DNA from: Candidatus Omnitrophota bacterium
Lineage (GTDB): Bacteria; Omnitrophota; Gorgyraeia; Pluralincolimonadales; Pluralincolimonadaceae
Assembly (NCBI GenBank): GCA_003141835.1
Contig: PLNR01000007.1
Coordinates: forward strand, 3,639 to 67,638
DNA: 64,000 nucleotides
Direction of reading: 5' to 3'
Positions 10,639 to 19,210 of the stretch are shown piece after piece. Position 1 is the stretch's first letter. Every line of letters starts with the position of its first letter. The notes below the pieces were generated by a model. That model was not told where the DNA came from. It worked only from the letters and a program-made list of their open reading frames with translations, and made no database searches. Made by a program: the position numbers and the translations under genes.

Positions 10639-11891
10639 ATAATCTTAAGAGGGTGGATCCGGAGATCTACGAGGCGATCGTAAACGAGACGCGCCGCGAG
10701 GAGGAGAATATAGAGCTCATTGCGAGCGAGAATTTCGTGAGCCGCGCGGTACTCGAGGCGCAGGGCTCGGTCCTTACGAATAAATATGCCGAGGGTTATC
10801 CGGCGGCGCGGTGGTACGGCGGGTGCGAGCACATAGATGTCGCGGAAAAACTGGCCATTGAGCGCGCGAAGGAGTTGTTTAAGGCCGATCACGCCAACGT
10901 CCAGCCGCACTGCGGTTCGTCTGCTAACATGGCGGTATATTTCTCGGCGCTAAACATGGGCGACACGGTCATGGCGCTCGACCTGGCGTGCGGCGGCCAC
11001 CTCACCCACGGCCACAAGGCCAATTTCTCGGGAAAATATTTCAACATCGTCCCTTACATGGTCGACCGCAAGACCGAGATGCTCGATTACGACGAAATAG
11101 AAAAGACAGCCCTGCAATGCAAACCGAAGATGATACTTGCCGGCGCGTCTAATTATTCACGGGCGATAGATTTTCGAAGGTTCCGCCAGATATGCGACAA
11201 AGTCGGGGCGTATCTCATGGTCGATATGGCGCATTTCGCCGGGCTTGTCGCAGCCGGGATACATCCGGACCCGGTCCCTTACGCGGAATTCGTCACGACC
11301 ACGACGCATAAGACGCTTCGCGGGCCGCGCGGCGGCATGATATTATGTAAAAAAGAGTTCGCAAGGAAGATAGATTCGATGGTATTCCCGGGCATCCAGG
11401 GCGGTCCGTTGATGCACGTTATAGCCGCGAAAGCCGTGTCATTCAAAGAAGCGCTCAAGCCCGAATTCAAGGAATACCAGAACCAGATATTGAAAAATGC
11501 GCGTGCCCTAGCAGGGGCATTCCAGAAACGCGGCTACAGAGTCGTCTCAGGCGGGACAGATAACCACCTCTTCTCGCTCGACCTCAATACCAGCAAGGGC
11601 ATAAGCGGCAAGGACGCGCAGGAAGCCCTCGACAAGGCCGGGATAACCGTAAATAAAAACACGATCCCGTACGATCCGAACCCTCCGGCGAAGCCGAGCG
11701 GGATAAGGATAGGCGTTCCGGCGGTGACTACGCGGGGCATGAAAGAAAAAGATATGGAAGAGATAGCCGGCCTCATCGACGAAGTTTTAAGCAATATTAC
11801 CGACGCGGCCGTCGCAGGACGCGTAAAGGAAAAAGTGCGCGCGGTGGTAAAGAAGTTCCCGCTCTATCGCGACCTTTTGAGCGAGGCTTAA
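10635..11891 (+). CDS. glyA: serine hydroxymethyltransferase
   Basis: [37 protein letters not shown]; ATG at 10635 follows GGAGG and overlaps the rpiB stop, so the upstream start in the ORF track is rejected. Confidence 0.97.
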   Translation: MNNLKRVDPEIYEAIVNETRREEENIELIASENFVSRAVLEAQGSVLTNKYAEGYPAARWYGGCEHIDVAEKLAIERAKELFKADHANVQPHCGSSANMAVYFSALNMGDTVMALDLACGGHLTHGHKANFSGKYFNIVPYMVDRKTEMLDYDEIEKTALQCKPKMILAGASNYSRAIDFRRFRQICDKVGAYLMVDMAHFAGLVAAGIHPDPVPYAEFVTTTTHKTLRGPRGGMILCKKEFARKIDSMVFPGIQGGPLMHVIAAKAVSFKEALKPEFKEYQNQILKNARALAGAFQKRGYRVVSGGTDNHLFSLDLNTSKGISGKDAQEALDKAGITVNKNTIPYDPNPPAKPSGIRIGVPAVTTRGMKEKDMEEIAGLIDEVLSNITDAAVAGRVKEKVRAVVKKFPLYRDLLSEA

Positions 11892-11892
11892 T

Positions 11893-12375
11893 ATGGTTAA
11901 AAAGAACGAGGTAAAAAGGAAGCGCCCGGACTGGGACGAATATTTCCTGGGAATAGCGGACCTGATATCCGAGCGTTCGACATGCCTGAGGCGGCAGGTC
12001 GGCGCGCTGATCGTAAAGAATAAAAGGATACTTACCACCGGCTATAACGGCACGCCGAGCGGCATTACGCACTGCGAGGTCACGGGCTGCTTAAGGGATA
12101 AGCTCAAGGTCCCGTCCGGCGAGAGGCATGAGCTCTGCCGCGGGCTGCACGCGGAGCAGAACGCCATAATCCAGGCCGCGCTCCACGGCGTCGATATCCA
12201 CGGCGCCGTTCTGTATTGCACTAACCAGCCGTGCTCTATCTGCGCGAAGATGCTCATAAACGCCGGCATAAAAGAGATAGTGATGCAAGCGGGCTATCCC
12301 GACGAGATGGCGAAAGAATTTTTTGAGGAGGCGGGCGTGGAGGTAAGGATGGCTAAGTCAGGAAAGAAGGTGTAG
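11893..12375 (+). CDS. dCMP deaminase (ComEB family)
   Basis: [34 protein letters not shown]. Confidence 0.92.
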   Translation: MVKKNEVKRKRPDWDEYFLGIADLISERSTCLRRQVGALIVKNKRILTTGYNGTPSGITHCEVTGCLRDKLKVPSGERHELCRGLHAEQNAIIQAALHGVDIHGAVLYCTNQPCSICAKMLINAGIKEIVMQAGYPDEMAKEFFEEAGVEVRMAKSGKKV

Positions 12376-12376
12376 G

Positions 12377-12859
12377 GTGAAATGCCCATTTTGCGGTAAC
12401 GTAGAAGATAAAGTCATAGATTCCCGCATTTCGGCCGAGGGCGGCTCTATCAGGCGCAGGCGCGAGTGCCTCAAGTGCCAGAAAAGGTTCACGACATACG
12501 AGCGCCTCGAGGAACACCCCCTGATGGTGATAAAGAAGGACGGGCGGCGCGAACCGTTCGACCGCAAGAAACTGCTTTCAGGCATACTCAAGGCCTGCGA
12601 GAAACGCCCGGTACCGATGGACAGGGTCGAAGGGATGGTAGACGAGGTCGAGAGGATCATCCAGCGCAATTACGAGAAGGAAGTCTCCTCGACGGCGATA
12701 GGCGAATTCGTAATGAAAGAGCTGCATGACCTCGATGAGGTCGCCTACGTTAGGTTCGCATCGGTCTACCGCCAGTTCAAGGACATAAACCAGTTCATGA
12801 AGGAGTTGTCGTCACTTCTGAAAGAGGGGCAAAAGCCCGACGAGAAGAACAGATTTTAA
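12377..12859 (+). CDS. nrdR: transcriptional repressor NrdR
   Basis: CPFC...RRRREC..C zinc ribbon, RFTTYE, ATP-cone, [10 protein letters not shown]. Confidence 0.97.
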   Translation: MKCPFCGNVEDKVIDSRISAEGGSIRRRRECLKCQKRFTTYERLEEHPLMVIKKDGRREPFDRKKLLSGILKACEKRPVPMDRVEGMVDEVERIIQRNYEKEVSSTAIGEFVMKELHDLDEVAYVRFASVYRQFKDINQFMKELSSLLKEGQKPDEKNRF

Positions 12860-13704
12860 AGGAAGCGCTTTACTGGGAAAAGTCGGACGGGGCGGTCCAC
12901 TGCCTGCTATGCCCGCACGATTGCAAGATCGTTAACGGCGTCACCGGCGTCTGCGGCGTGCGGCGGAATATCGGCGGAAAGTTATACTCCCTCGTTTACG
13001 GGGAGACGACGTCGGTATCGCTCGACCCGGTCGAGAAGAAGCCCCTATACCATTTCCACCCCGGCGAAAATATACTCTCCCTCGGCACTAAAGGCTGCAA
13101 TTTCAAATGCCCGTTCTGCCAGAACTGGGCGATATCCCAGGACCTCGAAGTCCAGACCCGGAAGATAACGCCGCAATGGGTCGTCGATAAGGCCGGGGAA
13201 TGCAAGTCGTTCGGCATCGCCTACACGTATAACGAGCCGTTCATATGGTACGAGTTCGTCCTCGACACCGCGAAGCTCGCGAAAAAGAACGGGCTCGAGA
13301 ACGTCCTGGTCACGAATGGTTATGTGAACCCAAAACCGCTGGAAGAGATGCTCCCGTTCATCGGCGCGATGAACATAGACCTTAAATCCATCGACGACGA
13401 ATTTTACAGGAAATACTGCAAGGGCAGCCTCGATCCGGTCCTTTATACAATAAAAACGTCGGTCAAGGCGTGCCATGTGGAATTGACCAACCTGGTCATA
13501 CCCGGCTTGAACGATTCCGAGGAGGATTTCAAGCGCCTCGTCGATTGGATATACGATAATGCCGGCGCGGACGTGCCGCTCCATTTTTCGAGGTATTTCC
13601 CGTGCTATAAGCTCGACTTGCCTATCACCTCGAAGGAGACCCTCGAGAAGGCCTATAAAATAGCGAAGAAGAAATTAAGGAACGTCTATCTCGGGAATGT
13701 TTAA
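12853..13704 (+). CDS. amrS: AmmeMemoRadiSam system radical SAM enzyme (start uncertain)
   Basis: [41 protein letters not shown]; coding-like frame extends upstream of the 12958 GTG ([22 protein letters not shown]). Confidence 0.85.
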   Translation: MLKEALYWEKSDGAVHCLLCPHDCKIVNGVTGVCGVRRNIGGKLYSLVYGETTSVSLDPVEKKPLYHFHPGENILSLGTKGCNFKCPFCQNWAISQDLEVQTRKITPQWVVDKAGECKSFGIAYTYNEPFIWYEFVLDTAKLAKKNGLENVLVTNGYVNPKPLEEMLPFIGAMNIDLKSIDDEFYRKYCKGSLDPVLYTIKTSVKACHVELTNLVIPGLNDSEEDFKRLVDWIYDNAGADVPLHFSRYFPCYKLDLPITSKETLEKAYKIAKKKLRNVYLGNV

Positions 13705-13724
13705 CGGCTTCCCGGATAACTTCC

Positions 13725-13754
13725 TTGACAATGTAACCGATATTTTGGTATTCT
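13725..13754 (+). promoter_or_regulatory. sigma70-type promoter for gdhA
   Basis: TTGACA (13725-30), 18-nt spacer, TGnTATTCT extended -10. Confidence 0.6.
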
Positions 13755-13765
13755 TATTGCACCTG

Positions 13766-13876
13766 CGATACAAAGCCGTATCGGAAGTTTTCCTGCAATA
13801 AAAACAGCGAGGCACATCTAGACAAAGACGTCTTCTGTTACATCCTATTATGCGTTGGGGGACGCATCCATTTTTT
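13766..13876 (+). promoter_or_regulatory. ANTAR-type dual-hairpin leader plus terminator-like hairpin upstream of gdhA
   Basis: CGATAC-AAAGCC-GTATCG (13766-83) and AGAC-AAAGAC-GTCT (13820-33), both with A1/G4 hexaloops closed by C-G; then ATGCGTT-GGGG-GACGCAT and CCATTTTTT. Confidence 0.65.
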
Positions 13877-13894
13877 AAAAAAGGAGCCAGCCAA

Positions 13895-15235
13895 ATGCCA
13901 GCAAAGAAGATCGAAGATTTCATGGCGAAAGTCATGGAGAGAGACCCTGCCCAGCCCGAATTTTACCAGGCGGTGCAGGAAGTCGCGGAGTCCGTATGGG
14001 ATCATATAAGTGACAATCCCAAGTACCAGGAAGAGAAGATACTCGAAAGGATGGTCGAGCCCGAAAGGGTCTTCATGTTCAGGGTTCCCTGGACAGACGA
14101 CAAGGGCAACATCCAGATAAACCGCGGTTTTCGCATCCAGATGAACAGCGCGATAGGCCCGTATAAAGGCGGCCTTCGCTTCCACCCCAGCGTCAACCTC
14201 GGCATACTCAAATTCCTCGCTTTCGAACAGGTATTCAAGAACGCGCTTACGACGCTTCCCATGGGCGGCGGAAAAGGCGGCTCGGATTTTGACCCTAAGG
14301 GAAAGTCCGACTCCGAGGTCATGAGGTTCTGCCAGAGTTTTATGACGGAGCTCCAGAGGCATATCGGCCCGGACACAGACGTACCTGCCGGCGATATAGG
14401 CGTCGGCGGCCGCGAGATAGGGTTTTTGTTCGGCCAGTATAAGAGATTACGCAACGAGTTCACCGGAGTCTTGACCGGCAAGGGCCTGAAATGGGGCGGA
14501 AGCCTCATAAGGCCGGAAGCGACCGGTTACGGCTGCGTATATTTCGTAGAAGAGATGATGAAGACGAAGGGCCAGAGCCTCAAGGGCAAGACCTGCGCGG
14601 TATCCGGCGCCGGTAACGTCGCCCAGTATACCGTCGAGAAGCTCATCGATCTCGGCGCGAAAGTAGTCACGCTTTCCGACTCGAACGGCTTCATATATGA
14701 CGAGGGCGGCATCGACAATAAAGAATTGAGCTGCGTCCTCGAGCTTAAGAACGTCCGCCGCGGAAGGATCAAGGAATGCGCGAAAGAGTTCAAGTGCAAG
14801 TATTTCGATAACCAGCGCCCGTGGGGCATCAAGTGCGATGTCGCTTTCCCGAGCGCCACGCAGAACGAGATATCCGGCGAAGACGCGAAGATGCTGGTCA
14901 AGAACGGGTGCATCGCCATAGGCGAAGGCGCGAACATGCCTACGACGCCCGAAGGCATCAAGGTCTTCCAGAAGGCGAAAGTCCTTTATGCGCCGGGAAA
15001 GGCCTCGAACGCCGGCGGTGTCGCAACCTCGGGCCTCGAGATGTCCCAGAACAGTATGAGGCTATCATGGTCGCGCGCTGAGGTCGACAGCAAGCTGCAT
15101 GATATAATGATCGCGATACACGAGCAGTGCGTCAAGTACGGCAAAGAAGGCAATTACATAAACTACGTCAAGGGCGCTAACATAGCCGGCTTCGTAAAAG
15201 TAGCCGACGCTATGATAGACCAGGGCCTGGTCTAA
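13895..15235 (+). CDS. gdhA: NAD(P)-specific glutamate dehydrogenase
   Basis: [51 protein letters not shown]; ATG at 13895 follows AAGGAG. Confidence 0.96.
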   Translation: MPAKKIEDFMAKVMERDPAQPEFYQAVQEVAESVWDHISDNPKYQEEKILERMVEPERVFMFRVPWTDDKGNIQINRGFRIQMNSAIGPYKGGLRFHPSVNLGILKFLAFEQVFKNALTTLPMGGGKGGSDFDPKGKSDSEVMRFCQSFMTELQRHIGPDTDVPAGDIGVGGREIGFLFGQYKRLRNEFTGVLTGKGLKWGGSLIRPEATGYGCVYFVEEMMKTKGQSLKGKTCAVSGAGNVAQYTVEKLIDLGAKVVTLSDSNGFIYDEGGIDNKELSCVLELKNVRRGRIKECAKEFKCKYFDNQRPWGIKCDVAFPSATQNEISGEDAKMLVKNGCIAIGEGANMPTTPEGIKVFQKAKVLYAPGKASNAGGVATSGLEMSQNSMRLSWSRAEVDSKLHDIMIAIHEQCVKYGKEGNYINYVKGANIAGFVKVADAMIDQGLV

Positions 15236-15254
15236 CCGCCGAAGATAAGGCAGG

Positions 15255-15287
15255 CAAGGGCGTCCCTAAAGGGCGCCCTTGTTTTTT
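15255..15287 (+). terminator. intrinsic terminator after gdhA
   Basis: CAAGGGCGTCCC-TAAA-GGGCGCCCTTG followed by TTTTTT. Confidence 0.8.
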
Positions 15288-15297
15288 AGGAGAGGAT

Positions 15298-17871
15298 ATG
15301 GTCAGCACCGGCTTTAAGGGCCTCGATAAGGTAATAACCGGATTAAGGGTGGGCGATAACGTCGTCTGGCAGATCGACGATATCAGGAATTACCAGGATT
15401 TCCTCGGTCCGTTCGTCAAGAAGGCCCTAGAAGAGAAGAAGGAAGTCGTATATATAAGGTTCGCGGACCATAAGCCCCTCATTGAGGCGGGAAAGGGCGT
15501 AAAGATATACAAGCTTGACGCCCACGAAGGGTTCGAATCGTTCTCCACCCAGCTTAACAGCATCATAAAGGAACACGGGGAAGGCGTCTATTACGTATTC
15601 GATTGCCTCTCCGACCTGCTCTCGGCGTGGGCGAACGACCTCATGATAGGCAATTTCTTCAAGATAACATGCCCGTACCTCTACGAGCTCAATACCATAG
15701 CCTACTTTTCAATACTGCGCAACAGGCACTCCTTTAAGACCATCGCCCGTATCCGCGAGATAACGCAGCTCCTGATAGACGTCTACGAATACGAGGGCAG
15801 GTACTATGTCCACCCTCTCAAGGTCTGGAACAGGTATTCGCCGACGATGTTCCTGCCTCACCTGATGAACAAGGACCGCTTTGTGCCGATAGCGAACAGC
15901 GTCGATACGGCGCGCCTCTTCTCTAATGTCCTCAAGAAAGGCACAAAGAGCACCCGCAGGATACTCGATTACTGGGACCGCCTATTCATAAAAGTGGAGG
16001 ACCTCGCCTCAAAGGCGGGCTCGCAGGACGAGAAGAAGGACATGATAAAGCAGCTCTGCAGGATAATGATCGCGCGCGAGGAAAAACTCCTTTCGCTGGT
16101 CGAAGAATATTACTCCCTCGAGGACCTGCTGGGCATCAAGTCAAAGATGATAGGCACGGGGTTCATCGGCGGCAAGGCCGTCGGCATGCTGCTCGCGAGG
16201 AAGATGCTCCTTAAGGAGCGTTCGCTGGGCATGGAGAAATATTTCGAGCCGCACGATTCGTTCTATGTGGGTTCCGACGTCTTCTACACTTATATAGTCG
16301 AGAACGGGTGGTGGAAACTCAGGATGGAGCAGAAGACGAAGGAGGGATATTTTTCCGTAGCCGAGGCGCTCCGCGAAAAGATGATGGGGGGGATCTTCCC
16401 GGAAGAGATAAAGGAGCAGTTCCGGCAGATGGTAGAATATTTCGGGCAGTCGCCCATAATCGTGCGTTCCAGCAGCCTGCTGGAAGACAGTTTCGGCAAC
16501 GCCTTTGCCGGGAAATACGAGAGCATATTCCTGGTGAACCAGGGTTCGCCGGAGGAGCGGTACAATAAATTCGTGGAGGCGGTGAGGCGTATCTACGCGA
16601 GCGCCATGAACAAGGACGCGCTGGCATACCGACTGCAGCGCGGCCTCGACCGGGCCGATGAACAGATGGCCCTGCTGGTCCAGAGGGTCTCGGGCGCGTA
16701 CCATTCGGATTATTTCTTCCCGGATATCGCGGGAGTGGGGATATCGTATAACACATACGTTTGGAACAAGGATATGGACCCCAAGGCCGGGATGCTAAGG
16801 ATAGTGGCGGGCCTGGGGACGCGTGCCGTCAACCGCGTAGAGGGCGACTATCCCAGGATAGTGGCCCTCGACATGCCCCTGGTCAAACCGCTGGCCGGCG
16901 CAAAAGATATGCAGAGGTTCTCCCAGCACGACCTTGATGTCCTTAACATTAAAGAGAACAGGCTCGAGGCAGTGCCGCTGAGGAAGTTATTGGCCGATAA
17001 GGTGGAGATCAGCCTTGAATATACCGGCGCCAGGGATTACGAGGCGGACCGCCGCACGGAAGAGGCGGGAAAAGCCGCCGAAGAGCACTGGATACTGACT
17101 TTCGACAAGCTTTTCTCCGGGACGTCATTCGGCGAGATGATGCAGAAGATACTCAAGCTCCTCGAAAAGCGTTACGGATACCCGCTCGACATCGAGTTCA
17201 CCGTGAATTTCAAGAAAGACGGGACATTCCAGATAAACCTGCTGCAATGCCGTCCGCTGCAGACGAAGGGCCTCGGAAAAAAGGTGGAGTTCCCGGAGGA
17301 TATCAAGAACGAAGATATCATCTTCCGTTCAAAGGGTTCTTTTTTGGGAGGGAATATATCACAGCCGATAAAGAGGCTGATATTCATCGACCCGCAAAAA
17401 TACAGCGCGCTGCCGATCTCTTCAAAGTACGATATCGCCCGCGCGGTGGGGGAGCTCAACAAGCTTATCAGTGACAGGGAAGCCCTGCCGTGTTTCCTTA
17501 TGGGCCCGGGCAGGTGGGGCACGACGACGCCGTCGCTCGGGGTCCCGGTCTCATTCTCCGAGATAAATAATATGGCAGTCCTGGGAGAGCTCGGGTTTTC
17601 CGGGGCCAATTTAACTCCCGAGCTTTCGTTCGGCACGCACTTTTTCCAGGACCTGGTGGAGACGAGCATATTCTATGTTGCGCTCTTCCCCGAGAGCGGG
17701 CAGACCCTCTTCAACCGCGGAATGATCGATTCCTGCCGGAACCTGTTAAAGAAACTGGCGCCTTCATATGGGAAATATGAGGACGTCATAAAGGTCTGCG
17801 AGCCTGCCAACAGGCAGATGCGCCTTGTCGCTGACATCGTCTCCCAGGATATCCTGATGTTCTTCCGATAA
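15298..17871 (+). CDS. PEP/pyruvate-binding (PPDK_N ATP-grasp) domain protein with degenerate KaiC/RecA-like N-terminus
   Basis: IGGKAVG, VRSSSLLEDSFGNAFAGKYES, GLGTRAV, DIEFT, LLQCRP, GPGRWGTT, SFGTHFFQDL; N-terminal STGFKGLD. Confidence 0.82.
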   Translation: MVSTGFKGLDKVITGLRVGDNVVWQIDDIRNYQDFLGPFVKKALEEKKEVVYIRFADHKPLIEAGKGVKIYKLDAHEGFESFSTQLNSIIKEHGEGVYYVFDCLSDLLSAWANDLMIGNFFKITCPYLYELNTIAYFSILRNRHSFKTIARIREITQLLIDVYEYEGRYYVHPLKVWNRYSPTMFLPHLMNKDRFVPIANSVDTARLFSNVLKKGTKSTRRILDYWDRLFIKVEDLASKAGSQDEKKDMIKQLCRIMIAREEKLLSLVEEYYSLEDLLGIKSKMIGTGFIGGKAVGMLLARKMLLKERSLGMEKYFEPHDSFYVGSDVFYTYIVENGWWKLRMEQKTKEGYFSVAEALREKMMGGIFPEEIKEQFRQMVEYFGQSPIIVRSSSLLEDSFGNAFAGKYESIFLVNQGSPEERYNKFVEAVRRIYASAMNKDALAYRLQRGLDRADEQMALLVQRVSGAYHSDYFFPDIAGVGISYNTYVWNKDMDPKAGMLRIVAGLGTRAVNRVEGDYPRIVALDMPLVKPLAGAKDMQRFSQHDLDVLNIKENRLEAVPLRKLLADKVEISLEYTGARDYEADRRTEEAGKAAEEHWILTFDKLFSGTSFGEMMQKILKLLEKRYGYPLDIEFTVNFKKDGTFQINLLQCRPLQTKGLGKKVEFPEDIKNEDIIFRSKGSFLGGNISQPIKRLIFIDPQKYSALPISSKYDIARAVGELNKLISDREALPCFLMGPGRWGTTTPSLGVPVSFSEINNMAVLGELGFSGANLTPELSFGTHFFQDLVETSIFYVALFPESGQTLFNRGMIDSCRNLLKKLAPSYGKYEDVIKVCEPANRQMRLVADIVSQDILMFFR

Positions 17872-17923
17872 AGGTCGACAAACCCGTTTTTTAGTAGTAA
17901 AATAACCGTCAAAACGATATCAG

Positions 17924-19210
17924 ATGAATATAAACGTACCCTATGGAAAAAAACAAGTAAGCGTATCTATCCACGAGAAGAACCTCTTGGGAGTCCTCTA
18001 CCCGAAGAGGTCCCATAGCAAGAAACCCGAATCCCGCATAATAAAAGAAGCTATCCTCAACCCGATGGGCTGTTGCCGGCTCAGGGACCTCGTCTCGCCC
18101 AAAGAGACGATCGCCATAGTCGTTCCGGACCTCGCAAGGGTATGCCCCCGTAAGCTCATACTTCCCATATTACTTGATGAGCTGAAAAAGGGCGGGATAA
18201 AGTACAAGGATGTGACGATCTTCATGGCGGTCGGGATGCTCACGCCCCCGACAAGGCAGGAGATCGAAGAAGCTTTCGGCAAAAAGATCGTCAAGCGGAT
18301 AAAAGTAAAGATCCACGACCCCTCGGATAGCTCAAACCTGACCAACCTGGGATATGTCGCCAACGGCGTCCCTGTAATAGTCAACAAAGAGATGCTTTAT
18401 AACGACCATGTCATTTCGATCGGCGTCATCGAGCCGCACCTGCACGCCGGTTTTTCGGGCGGGCCAGAGACGCTGAGCATAGGCATGGCAGGGGAAGAGA
18501 CGATAAGGTTCACCCATTCGCCGAAATTCATCGATAGGCCGGGCGCGAAACCCGGTGTTATCAAGGATAACCCCTTCCACCGCTGGATCATGGAATTCGC
18601 GTGCATAGCCAAGCTGAAATTCATAATAAACGTCGTGAATGACGACCTGGGGTGCACGATATTCGCGACCGCGGGAGAGCCACAGCTGGCTTTTTACAGG
18701 GGGATAGAACACGCGATGCTCCATTACAGGGTGAAGGTGGATGAGCCGGCCGATATAATCATCTGCGGAGTGGGCTGGCCTAAAGATGTCAACCTCTACC
18801 AGGCATCACGCGCCCTGACCTACCTGACCAACACGCAGAAACCCATCGTCAAAAGGGGAGGGCTTATACTCATCTCCGCGCGATGCGAAGACGGCATAGG
18901 TAAGGGGCTGGGGGAACGCAGGTTCTATGAAGCTATGGTCAGGGCGAAGAGCCCCGCCGAGATCGTAAAGAAGATGAAGAACAAGGCTTGTCTTGCCGGA
19001 GAACAGAGGGCGTATGCCGTGGCGAAATCCCTTCTTTTTGCCGATTGCGCGTTCGTCGGGACAAAATTCCCCGATATGGCAAAGAAGATGAAGATGTTGT
19101 CTTTTAAGGATATGGATGAGGCGCTGGAATATGCTTTTGCCACCCGCGGAAAGGACGCGAAGGTCTATGTCGTCCCGCACGCGCTCGTAACCCTGCCAAT
19201 ATCGCGATGA
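17924..19210 (+). CDS. LarA-family (nickel-pincer racemase-like) protein with divergent active site
   Basis: VVPDLAR, HDP, EPHLHAGFSGG, GWPKDVNLYQA, CEDGIG motifs of the LarA family. Confidence 0.85.
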   Translation: MNINVPYGKKQVSVSIHEKNLLGVLYPKRSHSKKPESRIIKEAILNPMGCCRLRDLVSPKETIAIVVPDLARVCPRKLILPILLDELKKGGIKYKDVTIFMAVGMLTPPTRQEIEEAFGKKIVKRIKVKIHDPSDSSNLTNLGYVANGVPVIVNKEMLYNDHVISIGVIEPHLHAGFSGGPETLSIGMAGEETIRFTHSPKFIDRPGAKPGVIKDNPFHRWIMEFACIAKLKFIINVVNDDLGCTIFATAGEPQLAFYRGIEHAMLHYRVKVDEPADIIICGVGWPKDVNLYQASRALTYLTNTQKPIVKRGGLILISARCEDGIGKGLGERRFYEAMVRAKSPAEIVKKMKNKACLAGEQRAYAVAKSLLFADCAFVGTKFPDMAKKMKMLSFKDMDEALEYAFATRGKDAKVYVVPHALVTLPISR

